DNA from: Streblomastix strix | Taxonomy: Eukaryota | Length of the DNA: 43,915 nucleotides | Direction of reading: 5' to 3' | Assembly (NCBI GenBank): GCA_008636045.1 | Contig: SNRW01000015.1 | Span: 1 to 43,915 of the forward strand | In this document: positions 23,223 through 36,760 of the stretch, piece after piece | Position numbering within the stretch: position 1 is the stretch's first letter | Layout of the letters: every line of letters begins with the position of its first letter | The notes under the pieces: model-generated | Told to the model about the DNA's origin: nothing | Databases searched by the model: none | What the model saw: only the letters and a program-made list of their open reading frames with translations | Program-made: the position numbers and the translations under genes

Positions 23223-24913
23223 ATGAAAGCCACACATTTGCAACAAGCGGGAATCATTGAAAAAACTTTGTTAGGTAATGCCGTTGTTCCATTTACTAAT
23301 GACGGAGAATGTCATTTTTAAATCATGGATATCAAACCAGAATCTAAAATACCAGCATTATTTAATAAAGTTATAATTAATTGTTTAACCGACACAAACT
23401 ATGACATCACATAAATATAAAATTCGTTCTTGTCGATAGTGCTAACTGCAAAAATCTAGCTTGATGACAAATTTGATAAAATTGAAAAATCATATAAAAA
23501 TGGATTGGTTCTATTTGTAGGGCTCAATTCAGGTTCGAATCTTATTAGAGAATATACCATCTACAATAGAGGTAAAACCATAGATGGAAGTCTATAGATT
23601 AACGCAATAACTGAATCATTCATTTATAACACAATCAAGCCAAAAAGTGAGAAAAAAATAGAAAACATATTCCTTCCTTATATGAGAATTTTCATGAATT
23701 TGATACGTCAGCGTGTGGAACATATACAAGTATGCGAGAGATTGAATTACTAATGTTAAATCAGACATCAATTCCATATTAAATTCCAATACGTTTCAGA
23801 GTCGGCATTCCACATGATGATCTCTTGATATTCTCTGCATTTATTGACTATCATAATGGCTTATTTGGTGAATTAAAAATAAAATTCGAATCAATTCATC
23901 GCACTTTCGTTTTCTATCAAGTGAGTACAATTATTTCAATGGATAAAAATTATACAATGAATAAAGATTAGTTACTGGGTAGTAGTCAGTAGAAGCTAAT
24001 AGATTTTGATTTTATGATCAGAAATTTGAGTTTTACATTCAAAATAACTAAAAAACTTACATAATTTGGAAGCACTGCAGATTTCATAAGAGGACTATAT
24101 TCAGAACCATTAAATGAATCAGGACTGAAGAACTAAGTATGCGACGTTAAACCTTTAACTTTGAGCATAAAAATTATGTCATAACAAAGATGACAATGAA
24201 CATGGCAGGATATTAAGCTACTGATGCATGCTTTAATCAAATCCGAAAATTTTTCAGCAAACCTAATATGTTGTCCCAGCATTAGTTCTGGAAGTATGGC
24301 CATTTCCATCGAGTGCTACATTAACGGCAATATAAACATCTTAAAATATTCCTCTGTTTCACGTAACCGATTTTTGTCGTCTATTTCCGAAAGATGCTAG
24401 AGCTAAGACTTGCTTAGAAAATCCTTCCTATCAGTGCATACAATTAAACACCTGCAGATGTAATTTCCCAGAAATGCCTATCAACACGCTTGACCAATAA
24501 TTCTTTTAATTATTATTCAATGTTTCAAATCTTAACAAGCTATTCGAAGCCACCGAAGAATTTAAATATGCTTTGACAACTCCATGAAATTAAGCAACTT
24601 GTCGAATGAACTCTCATACAGATTTAAAAAAAAATTATTAACTCTTTAGTATGAAAGCAACAGTAACGAAGCACTAACTTTTGACGGATTAGACAACCAG
24701 AACTAAAAGACTTCTGTCGAACTTAGAGGAGCACCTATATATAAAGGAGCAACAGATTCATAACATAACGAAGATACTAGTGGAAAAAGATACTTATCTT
24801 CAATTCTCTGAATAGATCATGATACCTTTTGGTTGTTTTCATCCGCTGGAAGTAGAAGCTGCATATGTGATACGAACCATTCATTTGATGAAATTATTGA
24901 AACAGTGAATTGA
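23223..24913 (+). pseudogene. Probable double jelly-roll major capsid protein, ~560 codons, several frameshifts and stops
   Basis: Long beta-rich frame (...LFVGLNSGSNLIREYTIYNRGKTIDGS...IPIRFRVGIPHDDLLIFSAFIDYHNGLFGELKIKF...VTDFCRLFPKD...LTFDGLD...HDTFWLFS). Size and position next to a penton-like gene and the ATPase fit an MCP. The fold is inferred, not computed. Confidence 0.7.
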
Positions 24914-25053
24914 AGAGAATATAATCCGTTAATTGATAACATTTTTATTTTTTTATTTAAATATATAACTAATACCTAAAAATTAATAATATGGTTAATT
25001 AAATAGGTTATTAATTATATTTCTATTAATTATTAATATTTATTTAATAATAT

Positions 25054-25449
25054 ATGGTTTCAAATGTAAAATCAGCATATCACTAAAAATATTTCACTTT
25101 AACATAAAATGATGTAGTTGTAGTCGAAGAAAACGGTTAGAATGGAGTTGGTTTTACACTACCATACGCATTTGCAAATTCAGATAATTAAAGAAACATA
25201 ATATTTTGCTAATGTCAATGTTCAAATTAAGGATTTGATGCAGACATAAACGTTCATAGTTAGATGGTTCAAGTAGAATAATATATCGATTAGTTTGTAA
25301 GTTATTGTAATGAATAATGTGTGTATATTCCCGCCATACAATACAACCCCAACAAATATTTATATGTATGGTTCCGTTAAAATTAATAATTATTGGAGGT
25401 AAATTAAAATTAGTTATAATTTATTCCTGAATTGAAGCTGGAATACTGA
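25054..25449 (+). CDS. Probable minor capsid (penton-like single jelly-roll) protein, 131 aa, frame intact
   Basis: MVSNVKSAYHQKYFTL...FTLPYAFANSDNQRNIIFCQC...DINVHSQMVQ...DQFVSYCN...YLYVWFRQ...FIPELKLEY*. The vHS..., N and terminal F..EL pattern is typical of Polinton/virophage minor capsids. More than a dozen in-frame TAA/TAG codons. Confidence 0.62.
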
Positions 25450-25763
25450 AAAAGTTGCTGACTCATAAGTGGGCTTGTCTATGAATGCGTATATTTTTGT
25501 TCTAGTCATCGGGCCTTTCTACTGACAAAATTTTGGCACTTAAATCTTGCTTTGCTGAAATACCCCGACGAACTGATGCATAGATTTATGTTTGAATAAT
25601 CAGGCCATGCAAGGAGCAAAAAATCGCACCTTGATTGTTGATGTGATGAAGTTGATGGGCGAAATTAGCCTGACAAATAAAAATAGGTAATGTTCAAATA
25701 AATATGATTTTAAAATTATTCGATTTATTTTTACTTAAATCTAACTTTCTAACAGTACATAAA

Positions 25764-26539
25764 ATGGATGCAGAAACAAAAACTAAGTAAATCACATCAA
25801 ACAATGAAACTTTCACTCTTTGCTTTTAAATGATGTTTGAAATTACGATAAAGAGATAAATATATATATTTATAATAAATGAAACTAAATTAGTAGCTTA
25901 GATAAATGAACGAGAACATACGAATATATATGTCAGAAAAACCTTAACAACTCAAATATATAGAGATTATAAGCAACATATCAAAGATTTGAGTCCCGTC
26001 CATTTGGGTGCAACGGCTTTAGAGTATTATCTACCTAATAAATATAATGATGATGAAAATATCGATAAATCATCTATATTAAGTCGAATTCTAAGCTCAA
26101 GACGTTTAAACATCAATGGTTAATTTTGCAATGGAATAAATTTAATAAGTTATAGAAGAATAAAAAATATTAATAAATTAAAAAGATGATGAAAAAAATA
26201 ACTGAAATCAGGAGCGGAAACACAAGGTAAAAAACCGCTTAAGTGTTAACCGTTCAATATATACAAGTTGAAGATAAATATAGTACAATTTTAAAAGTTC
26301 GTAGAAAAAATAAGAAATGTATTAGCAATAAATTAATGCATGAATTAAAAGATGCATTGTTGTATTATGATTAAGAATGTATTGCAATATCCAAAAATGA
26401 GGCTAGTAAAGAATATTTAAATAAAAAAATGGATGATATTTAATTTAAAAGAACCATATATATATTAAATGAATATTTTACTGATGAATCCATAAATTAA
26501 ATAAAAGTATATTTGAATAAATAACTTTAATATTAATGA
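25764..26539 (+). pseudogene. KilA-N-like DNA-binding protein
   Basis: MDAETKTKQITSNNETFT... and INETKLVAQINEREH resemble the KilA-N 'NATK' motif of metamonad Maverick KilA-N proteins. Frameshifted. Confidence 0.6.
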
Positions 26540-26573
26540 AAGACATTTTTTATTTTATTTTTGTAGAAACATA

Positions 26574-26930
26574 ATGGAAAGAATCTTGTTCGACAGTAGA
26601 AAAATCATTAAATTTTCATCAAAATTATAAATAGAAACAAATGAATAAGAAGAAATACCATTTGATGAGGCGGTCTAAAGAAACAAATATTTTATGCAAT
26701 TTGAGAACTTAAATGATTTCAAATAATTTATTTTCTAAAATTTGTAATAACTATCTATACAAACAATATTAAAATTAAATATATTATATAAATTGGAAAG
26801 TTAACAATTATCCAGAATTGAAGTTCAGATATGTTTAAGAACTTATGTCAAAGATTAATTGAATAGGATTGAGTATAAATTAGACCAGTTTTTGGATGTG
26901 CTGAACTATTTGGTTTAAGCGCAGAAATGA
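26574..26930 (+). CDS. 118-aa hypothetical helical protein
   Basis: ATG..TGA open with TAR=Gln: MERILFDSRKIIKF...LNRIEYKLDQFLDVLNYLVQAQK*. Confidence 0.5.
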
Positions 26931-27055
26931 ATAACTTTTGAGTGTTTCGAGTGTTCCGAGTGTTCTGAGTCAGAAATTTTCATCAAAAACTGCTGCCAAA
27001 CTGCCAATTTGCCAGATGTGAGAAAACATTAATAAAAATATAAAAAAAATGTTCA

Positions 27056-27851
27056 ACCATTTAATGATTATTTTTACAATTGTTCCACTAAATTCATTTT
27101 ATGTTATAAATGCTTATTATTTTGTTAGTTATACATATTCATACTATATTGTTTCTTTATCTGATGGTATAAAAGATTAATTGAAAAACTAATTAAATTT
27201 TAATCTGTTAAATGAGCCAAAGAATCATAATGGATCAAGATTTGATTAATTAGCAGCATCTAAATCAATGATGTCCTATAAACAAAGGAAATATGTTATT
27301 CTGGGCTATCGGTTCTTAAATAGCTTTTTTAAATAGTTGATTATTTATATATTTAAATATATTCATTGCATCGTAAAATAAAACAATCGTATGGGGAAAT
27401 TTGACGTTAAAATTTCTTTCTCAACTAGCTCCAAACACCATGGTTAATTTAACATCTTTTGATTGCTCCGTTAGCTCTTTTTATAATAATTTTTCATAAA
27501 TTTCATCAAATGCTTATTTTCATTCAATCAAATCATTCAGCACATATTCTGCTTCGGCATGTGGAATAATTTTATATAAATTATAATCAAATCTTTCTTC
27601 TTTTTATAAATTGTATCATTATTTGAATCGCAGACATATATGGATTGCTTATAATAATGTTTTTTTAATTGGCTTAATTTTATTAATTCTTTGAAAACTT
27701 TGTATGTCTTGCCACTTCCACGTCAATCTATCAATAAATTTACGAAGTTATATGTCAAATTTAACTCTATATGGTTAATTGTTTAAATATCATGCATATT
27801 CACTTTTATTTCTATTAACTTGTTATCTACTTTTTATGTTAAATTCGCCAT
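27056..27851 (-). pseudogene. A32/FtsK-like genome packaging ATPase (right copy)
   Basis: Mirror of 16065-16860. Confidence 0.85.
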
Positions 27852-27865
27852 TTTTATATAAATAA

Positions 27866-28946
27866 ATGTATTTTTAATCGTTAAAATATAGAATAACTGA
27901 TCAAATAATTGAATATCTAATCGAACAAGAATAAAGCGATAGTGGATAATAAGGTTCTCCATAGATACTTATTAATAAATTATAGGATGATTATGATTAT
28001 TATGAATCATAGGCTGCAAGAAAGGACAGAATAAAAGCAAGAGCAAAACCGTTTGGTAAGCTACCGTTCCATCCCAGTACTATTCAAAAAACAAGAAAGC
28101 TTGGAGACCCGTAGTTTAGAAAAGAGGCGGGGGATAACCTTGCTACACTTGCCGGATATTTAAATATGGATATTAAGAAAATTAATAGGTTATCGTTTGC
28201 CGTTATGGCCTAAAAATGTATTGATCGCAAACATTTGGGCAAATGATTTAGTATATAAGAATAGGACTTAGATGATAATGAAGCCACTCCTTATAATGTG
28301 GTTGTTTATGATAAGAAAAAGAATATAATTTAATGCAGTCGATGGTTATACAATAGCCGTTGGATTTGGCAAATCAGAGCATTAACATAAATGAAATTGG
28401 AAGAAAAAATATTATTCAGATGTAAAAGATTTAAAACGAGCAGTATTGGTTGCAAAATTCAAACAATAAGGTATAAAAGGCGGCCCTTACATGAAATAAC
28501 TATCAACGTCTAAGCCGCATAAAGAGAGAGAAATAAAAGCTAATAGTTTCAGAACATTCACAATCATGGCAAAAAAGTTTATAAATGAAAATGGAGGTGC
28601 AAAATTGCCAATAGCAACCAAACAACAAATAATGGCAGCCGATTGGAATTCAGCACTTACTAATCCTGCAGTTGTACTGTTAGAGTCATAGGATTGAAAA
28701 ATAGACATATTTAACAGAAGCAATAAATCAAACGTTAAAAAAGGTGATTACGAATATTTAACACTTGCCAAAACAGTGTATAAGAAGGAGCTGCCCACCA
28801 CAATTACTCAACTATATCAAGCCGAAGATTTCAATGCTAGGATTAAGGAAGCTCTTGGATTAACTATGTAATTTTATGGTCAAATACTAGTATAGAGATA
28901 ACAATAAATAGGTGGTTTCAATTTAGCTAAATATAAGTTCTAATGA
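27866..28946 (+). pseudogene. Polinton-associated hypothetical protein, ~350 aa, basic
   Basis: Near-continuous frame with one shift and a few TGAs. Contains EQDLDDNEATPYNVVVYDK...AVDGYTI. Confidence 0.6.
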
Positions 28947-29183
28947 TTTAAGAGATTTATTTTTATTTATTTTTTCACACTTCTGGCAGAATGGCAGGCA
29001 GGCAGCTCTTTTTTATAGAAGTTTTTGACTCAATCCACCCAATCCACTCAATCCAAGCCAAAAGTCATTTATTACTTGTTCCATTTCGTCGTGCCAATTT
29101 CATAAAATCCATTAATGTTTTACGACTCAATCCACCCAATCCAATTTACTAATGTAATTATTATTTATTTTTATTTTTAATAA

Positions 29184-32100
29184 ATGACAGATAAATAGGG
29201 GTAAAACTCATAAAGACGACGCACGCCTCCAAATGAGAATCCGATTGTGCCTCAAGAATTACCAGAGCTATAGCCGCTTAATTAATCGCTCAGATAAACA
29301 CAATAATAAATGACTTAAATGTAGGACTATATTACGTAAATGTAAGCACGTAATTATTAACTATCGCCTGAAATATAAATGGAGCAACGACAATAATAAT
29401 TGATATAAATGCAGAATTATATTTCGTAAATGTAAGCACATAATTATTAACCATTTCTTGAATTATCACCTGAAGCCGAACAACAGGACGAAGCCCACGA
29501 TGTGCAGGTTGATTATCAAGTGGATTTAAGACCTAAAAAACTAACTCAAAATGTTTTAAGAGAATTAATGTTTTTATATGACCCCCTAATGTAATAGAAA
29601 ATAAACATTAACGAATTAAGGTCTTAATTTTCATAAATTTTAGATAAAATCGGTTTAAATCACGGTAGAAACAATTGAGATATAGTTAGAAATGCAATAA
29701 TATAATCAGAACCATTTGCAAGACGCATCAGATAAGACATTCAATAAGGCTTTCAAAACGAATAAATTATTTGTGATGCTTATGCTAAATAATTTATGCA
29801 AGAATAGAATAACAAATAGCAAATGAACGCTTAATACGAATAGTGCCGACTGTATAATTAATAATGGCAGCAAGTGATGAAAGATTAACGAGTCAGACAT
29901 GCAAATCAATTAAAAGAAATAAAAAAATAAAAAATAAAGCTTAAATTAAAAATAAAATGAGGATGTATTCAAAAATGTTAAAGATGAAATATGAGAATTT
30001 ATTGAAGAATATAATAATTAGAATTATTAGCCAATAAATACCTTGAAGAATACGATTATGTTATGCGCTCCACAACTCGAGGAAGATTATGAAAGAAGAA
30101 TTAATCATGAACGAAAACATTTATAAAATTAACATGTCAAACATGACTCATTCTATGTTCATATCATCAGCCCTACAAAAGAAAATTATAAAAAAGATTT
30201 GAAAACGATTGAAGACGTTAAAGCTTAATTAGATGAAATATTTTAGTATGAATAAAAATTTGTATTCAAAATTGCATTTGATTTTGGAGTGAATATTGAA
30301 CGAGTCAATGGCTAGGAAAACGATTAATAAATATCGTGTAAAATTAATCATCCCCTTGAAGCTAGAACAGAAATGAGAGCATCGACAACCATACGCAGCC
30401 AAACGGACCTTGCAGATTATAAGAGATTCATTAGAAACCACATAATTTAAATGCAAGAGCGAACCATTATGGACACCAAAGAAAAAATAGTAGGTATATT
30501 TTCAATCATAGTTTAGGTGTTTAGACTTCCACATGCGGGCGCTGGCGGTGGTCGAACAATACCATCATTAGAGAAGCACATTATGATGCGTGAGATTCGA
30601 TATATTGACCCTGAGAAAAATAATTAAAATTTATGTTTCTTTCTAGCATATTCATTTATTACGATGCCAGATATTAAGGCTGATGTTGCTGCTGACGGTT
30701 CCGCTATTCCTGCAAAGCGTTAAAAGTTACAATCATGTATTGCAGAAGCAAAGCAATTATTTTAAAGAAAATATGGGGGGAAAATGATGAAAATTAATAT
30801 GGATTTAATTTTTCAATAGAAGCAGATTAAATTGATTAAAACCAAAATTTAACTATTAATGGGTTCGTTTAAGAAGATACAACGGCAACATCAACGGCAA
30901 CCAATTAAAGAAGTTATTATCTATAAAAATAATATAGGAAAAACGAATAAAACGAATCATCTTAAGAATTTAATATACTTTTAATAGCAGACACAATCAA
31001 CGAACAATGACCAGCACACGTTTTTTTATATAAATGATGTTGAGGCTCGAACTTGTTTAAAATATTGTCCTATTTGTGGTGTGTAAGCTTATTAGACTAG
31101 AGATTCAAATATATAATATAAGCTTAAAAGGCATATATAAAAATATTAAAAAAATGGAGCAAAGATAATAGAAAAAGTTTATTTAAAAAGATTTCCATAG
31201 CTATATTTTCCTCATATATCGAATAATGTTAGCTTTAAGTGTTATCTGGCACGTGGTTAAGAGGATGAATTTAAACTAACCAAATATTAAATAACATATG
31301 AAATTAAAACCATTAAAATAATCGCAAATGTAAAATTTGGTGATAAGTCAACGCAAATATCAATACTTTAACCGCTTTCGAACGCAAGTGCGTTAAAAAT
31401 TGAAAAGAAATAAATCGAAGTTGCTGATGTAGCTTCTGATGATTATGTTTATTCGATTTATTTTGAAATACGAACCATAACTTGATTAATATATATGGAT
31501 AAAATAATTTTCTAAGGTAGCAAGAAATATTAATGATTCAAACAAGTATGATGATGAGATGATACCATAACATTGCGATGTTCCAGAAATTGGCTTTAAT
31601 TCTTCAAAATTTAATGTTGCTTTAACTCTTAAAAATTTATAACGCGATGAATGGTAAATAACTAAATATCTTGTTTGTGGTTCAAAAGCTAAATAAATCA
31701 TTGATAAACATAAAATCACAAGAAACAAATTGCGATTTGTCGATGCGATGATATATTGTACAAAAATGAAAATAAAATTATTTAAAAAAAGATTTCACTC
31801 CAAAAGCAGCTTCAGAAATTCCAACTAAGTTAAAATTTCAAAGTAAATTCATCAATTACGATAATTATTTTTAAGGAATCGATAAATCAGAGCGTTATCG
31901 GATTGAAACGTTTAATAACACAATTAAAAATAAAAATATAAGTCAAGAAAAATATAAAATTTATTTAATTATTGCTTACAAATTTTCGAACAGATGGGAC
32001 TACCTTCGACACAATAACCTTGAAGATACTCGCTTATTAATTCAGCATCTTTATTATTTAATTGGTATATTCTTCAATTTTTAAATTTGACATGTTGCAG

Positions 32101-34102
32101 TTTATATCGATGACAGCATGCGCTAACGCTATCAAATATGCTCTTGCTTATAGTAACTTCAAATTGGATTAAGATTACACGCTAAAAGATGATTTTGCTT
32201 CATTCGTACTAATATAACATTATTGGAACAAAAAAGTTTAAAAATTTTCGGAATAAAATAAAAAAAGAAATAGAGACACACGCAACTACAACAAGGAATC
32301 AGATTATACATTATTCCGAAAATTATTCTTATCGATAGGATTCCATATATGTGTGGCACGATACACAATCAAAATTCCATCAGACATTAGATAGAATTAA
32401 CTACGATAGGGACCAATCTGTAGTTAACGTGAAATCTTGCAGCTTATTCGGTAATAAATTTAAATCAAATAAAAATGAAAATTTAACAAGATAAATAATA
32501 CAATTAAAGAATTTTTGTCTGTTGAAGTTGCTTCCAATGATAATTACAAATGAAGAAATTTATCAAATTTCACATTAAAGTATCACTGGCGAATTATCGT
32601 AAGTCATACATAGATATAATGTTGCAGGTGAAACTAAAATAAATTAATTAAAATTTATTTATGGAAAAATCATCCATAAAGACACAGTTGACATAACGGC
32701 GCATCTTTTAACTCTACATTTCAATTATTAATATTCCAGCGTTATGAGCTCAGAGCCGCATAAGTTCATTAAATATACGGGTAAAAATTATACACGGCAA
32801 GTCAAATATTAGATAAAATTGTTGATAAATAAACATCTAGAAATTTAACCTATAATCTTTTACGATTAAATGACGTTGAAGGAATGCCGTAATTTATCGC
32901 AATTGTTAAAGGACACATTGACGAATAGCATATTTATGATTTAATTAATTTTATTCAGATTTTAAGAAACATAGATATGATGATCGATGAAAAAATATTA
33001 GATTCATACATACATAATCTGCTTTCGAAAAATAATATATAGCTCGACAAAATTGAACGAAAATTAAAAAAATATATCATCAAAGCATGGAAAATTCATA
33101 TCGTTTAATAATTATTATTTATAGCTTCTCATTGATGATTTTCATTTTATTATTGACGATAAATAATGTGTTATAACATTCCCAAAGCATTACAGATTCT
33201 ATCCATTTATTAAGGAATTTATAAATCAGCAGAAATAAGCAGTAAATGAATAAAATAATGAAAAAATAATAATTCTATAAATTATCTATGAACTCTAGCT
33301 ATTGAAGTGATGGGATGAATTAAGAAAAATATTCGCAAATGAAATTATTGATCTCTGGTAGGACGAAGCTGTCTCATCTCTAAGGGTCATTCTTTAATGA
33401 CTAACAATTAACAGTTGATTTATTTGCTGAGTAATTTAAAGTTGAGAGCTGCAACTGCAACAACTGCCTCCACTCAGCTTATTTCGAATTTGAAAATGAC
33501 AAATATTAATATATAAATTTTATCTTTAATTTTATGGCTAAAGCATTCGATATGAACAGGATGCACTATATTTGTGGTAATAGAGATTCAATGACATTAT
33601 CCATCAGCGGCAACCCTAGCGCAGAGTAGGGATATAGACAGAAATTTAAATACGTAATTAAGGACTATAATTTTTTCGATGAAAATTATCTTCTTTTCTT
33701 CGGATAATATAGATAATTATAGGGAGCCAGTTATGGGGCAAAATGAACGGTTTGCATTGCTCTTGCTCCAAAAATATATTACAATTATAATCCTATACCT
33801 AATATGTATGAAAAGGATTATAATTTTTGTTTGAAAGGAGTAATATTAAAATAAAATGAACATCTAAACGATGAAGCATTTAAATAATCATTATATTGTG
33901 AATAATATATGCTCAAAATAATATTTTTGGTTAAAGAAATGAATGAATGTCAAAAATATAAATTAATAAAGTTGGATTAACATCGATTCATAATAATATG
34001 GTTGTACTTGAATGTTAGTGTTGTGCTTCATTCTTATATACTAATGGGAAGCAATTGAGTTCAGATAATTATATATTTAATAATGATGAGCACAAATAAT
34101 GA
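29184..34102 (+). pseudogene. polB: Protein-primed family B DNA polymerase polyprotein (~1600 codons, many frameshifts)
   Basis: ExoII IGFNSSKF (31589), RFVDAM, ExoIII RWDYLRHNNLEDT, SITGELS.VIHRYNVAGET (32580). Degenerate motif A LHFNYQYSSVM (~32713), motif B KLSMNSSY*SDGMN (~33279), motif C CGNRDS (~33572), then CIALAPKIY and LKGV. Confidence 0.9.
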
Positions 34103-34614
34103 ACACAAATAATATGTATTGAATAAGTGCGATAAATTGGATTGGCTAGCAAATGACTTTTAAGTTTTCCGAATGTTAAGACTATTCTTAATTAGAAACT
34201 TTTATCAAAAACTGCTGCCAGCCTGCCATACTGCCAGAAGTGTGAAAAGTAAATAAAACTGAATAATGTTTAAAGGTTGATTGTATCATTAGCATCTTCA
34301 TTAATACTTATAATTGTTTTATTTCTGTGAGAAATAAATATAAAACGAAAATAATTAATATGAGGATATCCGTAGTACTTTTGCAGGTGAATAGTTTCAA
34401 AGAGAAAAATATGAATTTGAAGCATAAAAAAATATCGATGATAAAGCATATAAAGTTCATTATAAAATGAGTCTATCTGAGTTCATAAAAAATATCTTTA
34501 AAATTGCAACGAAAAAATTAGTCGAAGTTATTGCAGAGAAGGCAGATGAAGTAATTATTGAAAAGCGGACAGTGATATATTGGTGCTATTATTATGTTTC
34601 AGTTTAATCGTAAT

Positions 34615-35383
34615 ATGAACAATCAAAATAAAAAAATATACAAAAAAAATATATTGAAAAAGACGCTTAATAAGCTATTTAGACATCAAGCCAATCATCT
34701 TTACCCGTCTAAGGCTGCGACAATGAAAATATGCCCTATTTTCCTTTCAAAACAAAATTGAAATTGTTTGGAAAAATAAATAAAAATATTTATACAAACA
34801 AACAATATATACCAGTTTAAGTTTATAAATTAAAATCATTATAAAGACTATAACGACTTTATTTCTCTACAATGTTGGGCAGTTGGGAAATAGATAAAGT
34901 CTTTTCAATAGATTAAGACTTGCGAGAAAACAAAGATAAATATGTTGATGCTATCTTTAAAAAAAGTGAAATAGATTAAAGAAGATAATCAAATTTGTAT
35001 CTATTTTGCATAAACATTAAAACAAAATATTTAGTGGCATATCCATTGATAGATAAATTAGCCGCATAAGTAGTTGGATAATTATAAAAATTAATTAAAA
35101 ATTGTTATATAATTAATATTCGTGGAGATGGTGAAGAAGGATTTAATAGCTTGAATTTTGCTTTGTTTTGTTCATCGAATAAAATTAATGGATATTTCAC
35201 TTTTTAAAAATTAACCAATCATAATTGAGTAATCGATTTGGATATTCGTAAAATAATGAAAGCGTTTGGTTATAAATTAAATTAATTTTCAACGAATAAT
35301 AAATGAATATAATTGTTAATATATACAATGATACGCCAAATCTTGCGTTTCAAAATAAATATAGCCTGTAATAAATTCAATTC
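34615..35383 (+). pseudogene. Polinton retroviral-type (rve) integrase, C-terminally truncated
   Basis: YFS..GSWEID (D1), YLFCINIKTKYLVAYP, NIRGDGEEGF (D2), NHN*VID..IR, and YNDTP. Confidence 0.82.
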
Positions 35384-35394
35384 ATAGGACAGAT

Positions 35395-36760
35395 TAGGAA
35401 CCTGAGACTCCGCGCACTCTCAATAAGCGTCATGACATAAAAGTAGATTTTTTTAAACATTTATGCGGTATACAAGACGATGACGATATACCAAAGCAGC
35501 AATTCGTCGATATTGAAGATGACTTCATGAATTCTATCGAGCTTCGTGTTCAATTTGACCTATAGTTGAAAAAAATGCGCATGTAACTCAATCAAAGCAG
35601 CTCAAATGTTTCTTCCTCTTTCTGATTATAAAGTATTAATGAAAATATATCAACAGCGACAAAAATGTCTCCTCGCAAAAGGGTTAGAACCGATGAAAAT
35701 GAAATAATTTAGCAAAATGCTGAAATTTCTCCGAATGTCACATAAGCGATAGCTAAAAAACGCACATCAGTTGTCATAAGATCAATAGCCGATGAATTTG
35801 AAGAGTAAAGAAATAAATATGTCAAATTTCAATCAAAAGATGAGCAAATTGCAACAATTTAGCTTTTGCAGTTACTTGAAGGTTTCGTGAATTGCGAAGC
35901 TAAGTCTTTTGATTCACATATCTTTAACATAATCAAAATGGGACGATATATACTTTATAAAGAGACTCATTGGATACTTGCAAACAAGATGTGGAAGCTA
36001 CTTAAAGTGTCTCCTTCATCTTTTAGTGAAAAACCAATGTTTCATATTGCAACCGTGTCGTCAGCTCAAGTAATTTAAGTATTACATGATATAATGCTTA
36101 AAGGCATCAAAAGTCTAGCAACAAGAACTTATGGGAAAACTAGTAAAGGTTAATAAATTATCAATACAAATCAAATGAGAAGCTCAACGTGTTCGAGAAA
36201 ATGTTACAATTGGAAAATTTTGCAGATCTGAAAATGTAGATATATTCTCAGATACACAAAATAATTTCATTTCGAAATTTAAAGATTGAATAAAGAAGGT
36301 TTTCACGACTCTCACTTTAGAAACCAAAGTTAGAACCATTTGAAGCCTACAAATTTCAGAATCAACTAGGATAATTTCAATTATTATCCTAGAAACTATA
36401 ACTAATATCAAAGCAAATGATATATAAATCAAAGAATAATGGCTTAGATAAATGTAAAAGAAAACAGATTTTTCTTAAATTGGGGAAATAGCTCGATGTA
36501 GAAACATAGTTCAGATGAAGAAATGGATAACAAATATCAGAAATATTTTATATGAAAAGATTTGAAACACAATCAAAATCTTAAAACGGAACTTCAGAAA
36601 TATGTCAATTACTTATGGACTATTCAATCAACGCATTTTAACATTGTTGAAAGTGCAAAGGTAGTAGCATTTCTACTCAATGTTGCTGGTCATAACAAAC
36701 TTAAGATTAACGATAAGATTCTTGAATAAATAAAGAACAAATTGTGCAATAATTGAAATG
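35395..36760 (+). pseudogene. Decayed unassigned coding segment (host gene fragment or another repeat)
   Basis: Long TAR=Gln frames (EPETPRTLNKRHDIKVDFF...MSPRKRVRTDE...KETHWILANKMWKLL...) with stops and shifts. No motif recognised. Confidence 0.45.

Larger units (their letters stand above)
22102..35383 (+). mobile_element. Endogenous Polinton/Maverick-like virus, partial and decayed (right-arm copy; probably continues into the spacer)
   Basis: Gene order: small ORF, MCP, mCP, KilA-N, ORF, ATPase (opposite strand), ORF, pPolB, integrase. Confidence 0.9.

Noticed and set aside
25600..25674. Hammerhead ribozyme (three-stem layout with ...GCGAAA...)
   Set aside because: There is no CUGANGA core next to stem I and no correctly placed NUH site. 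The similar CAGACGAG...CGATT at ~41983 also deviates at essential positions.
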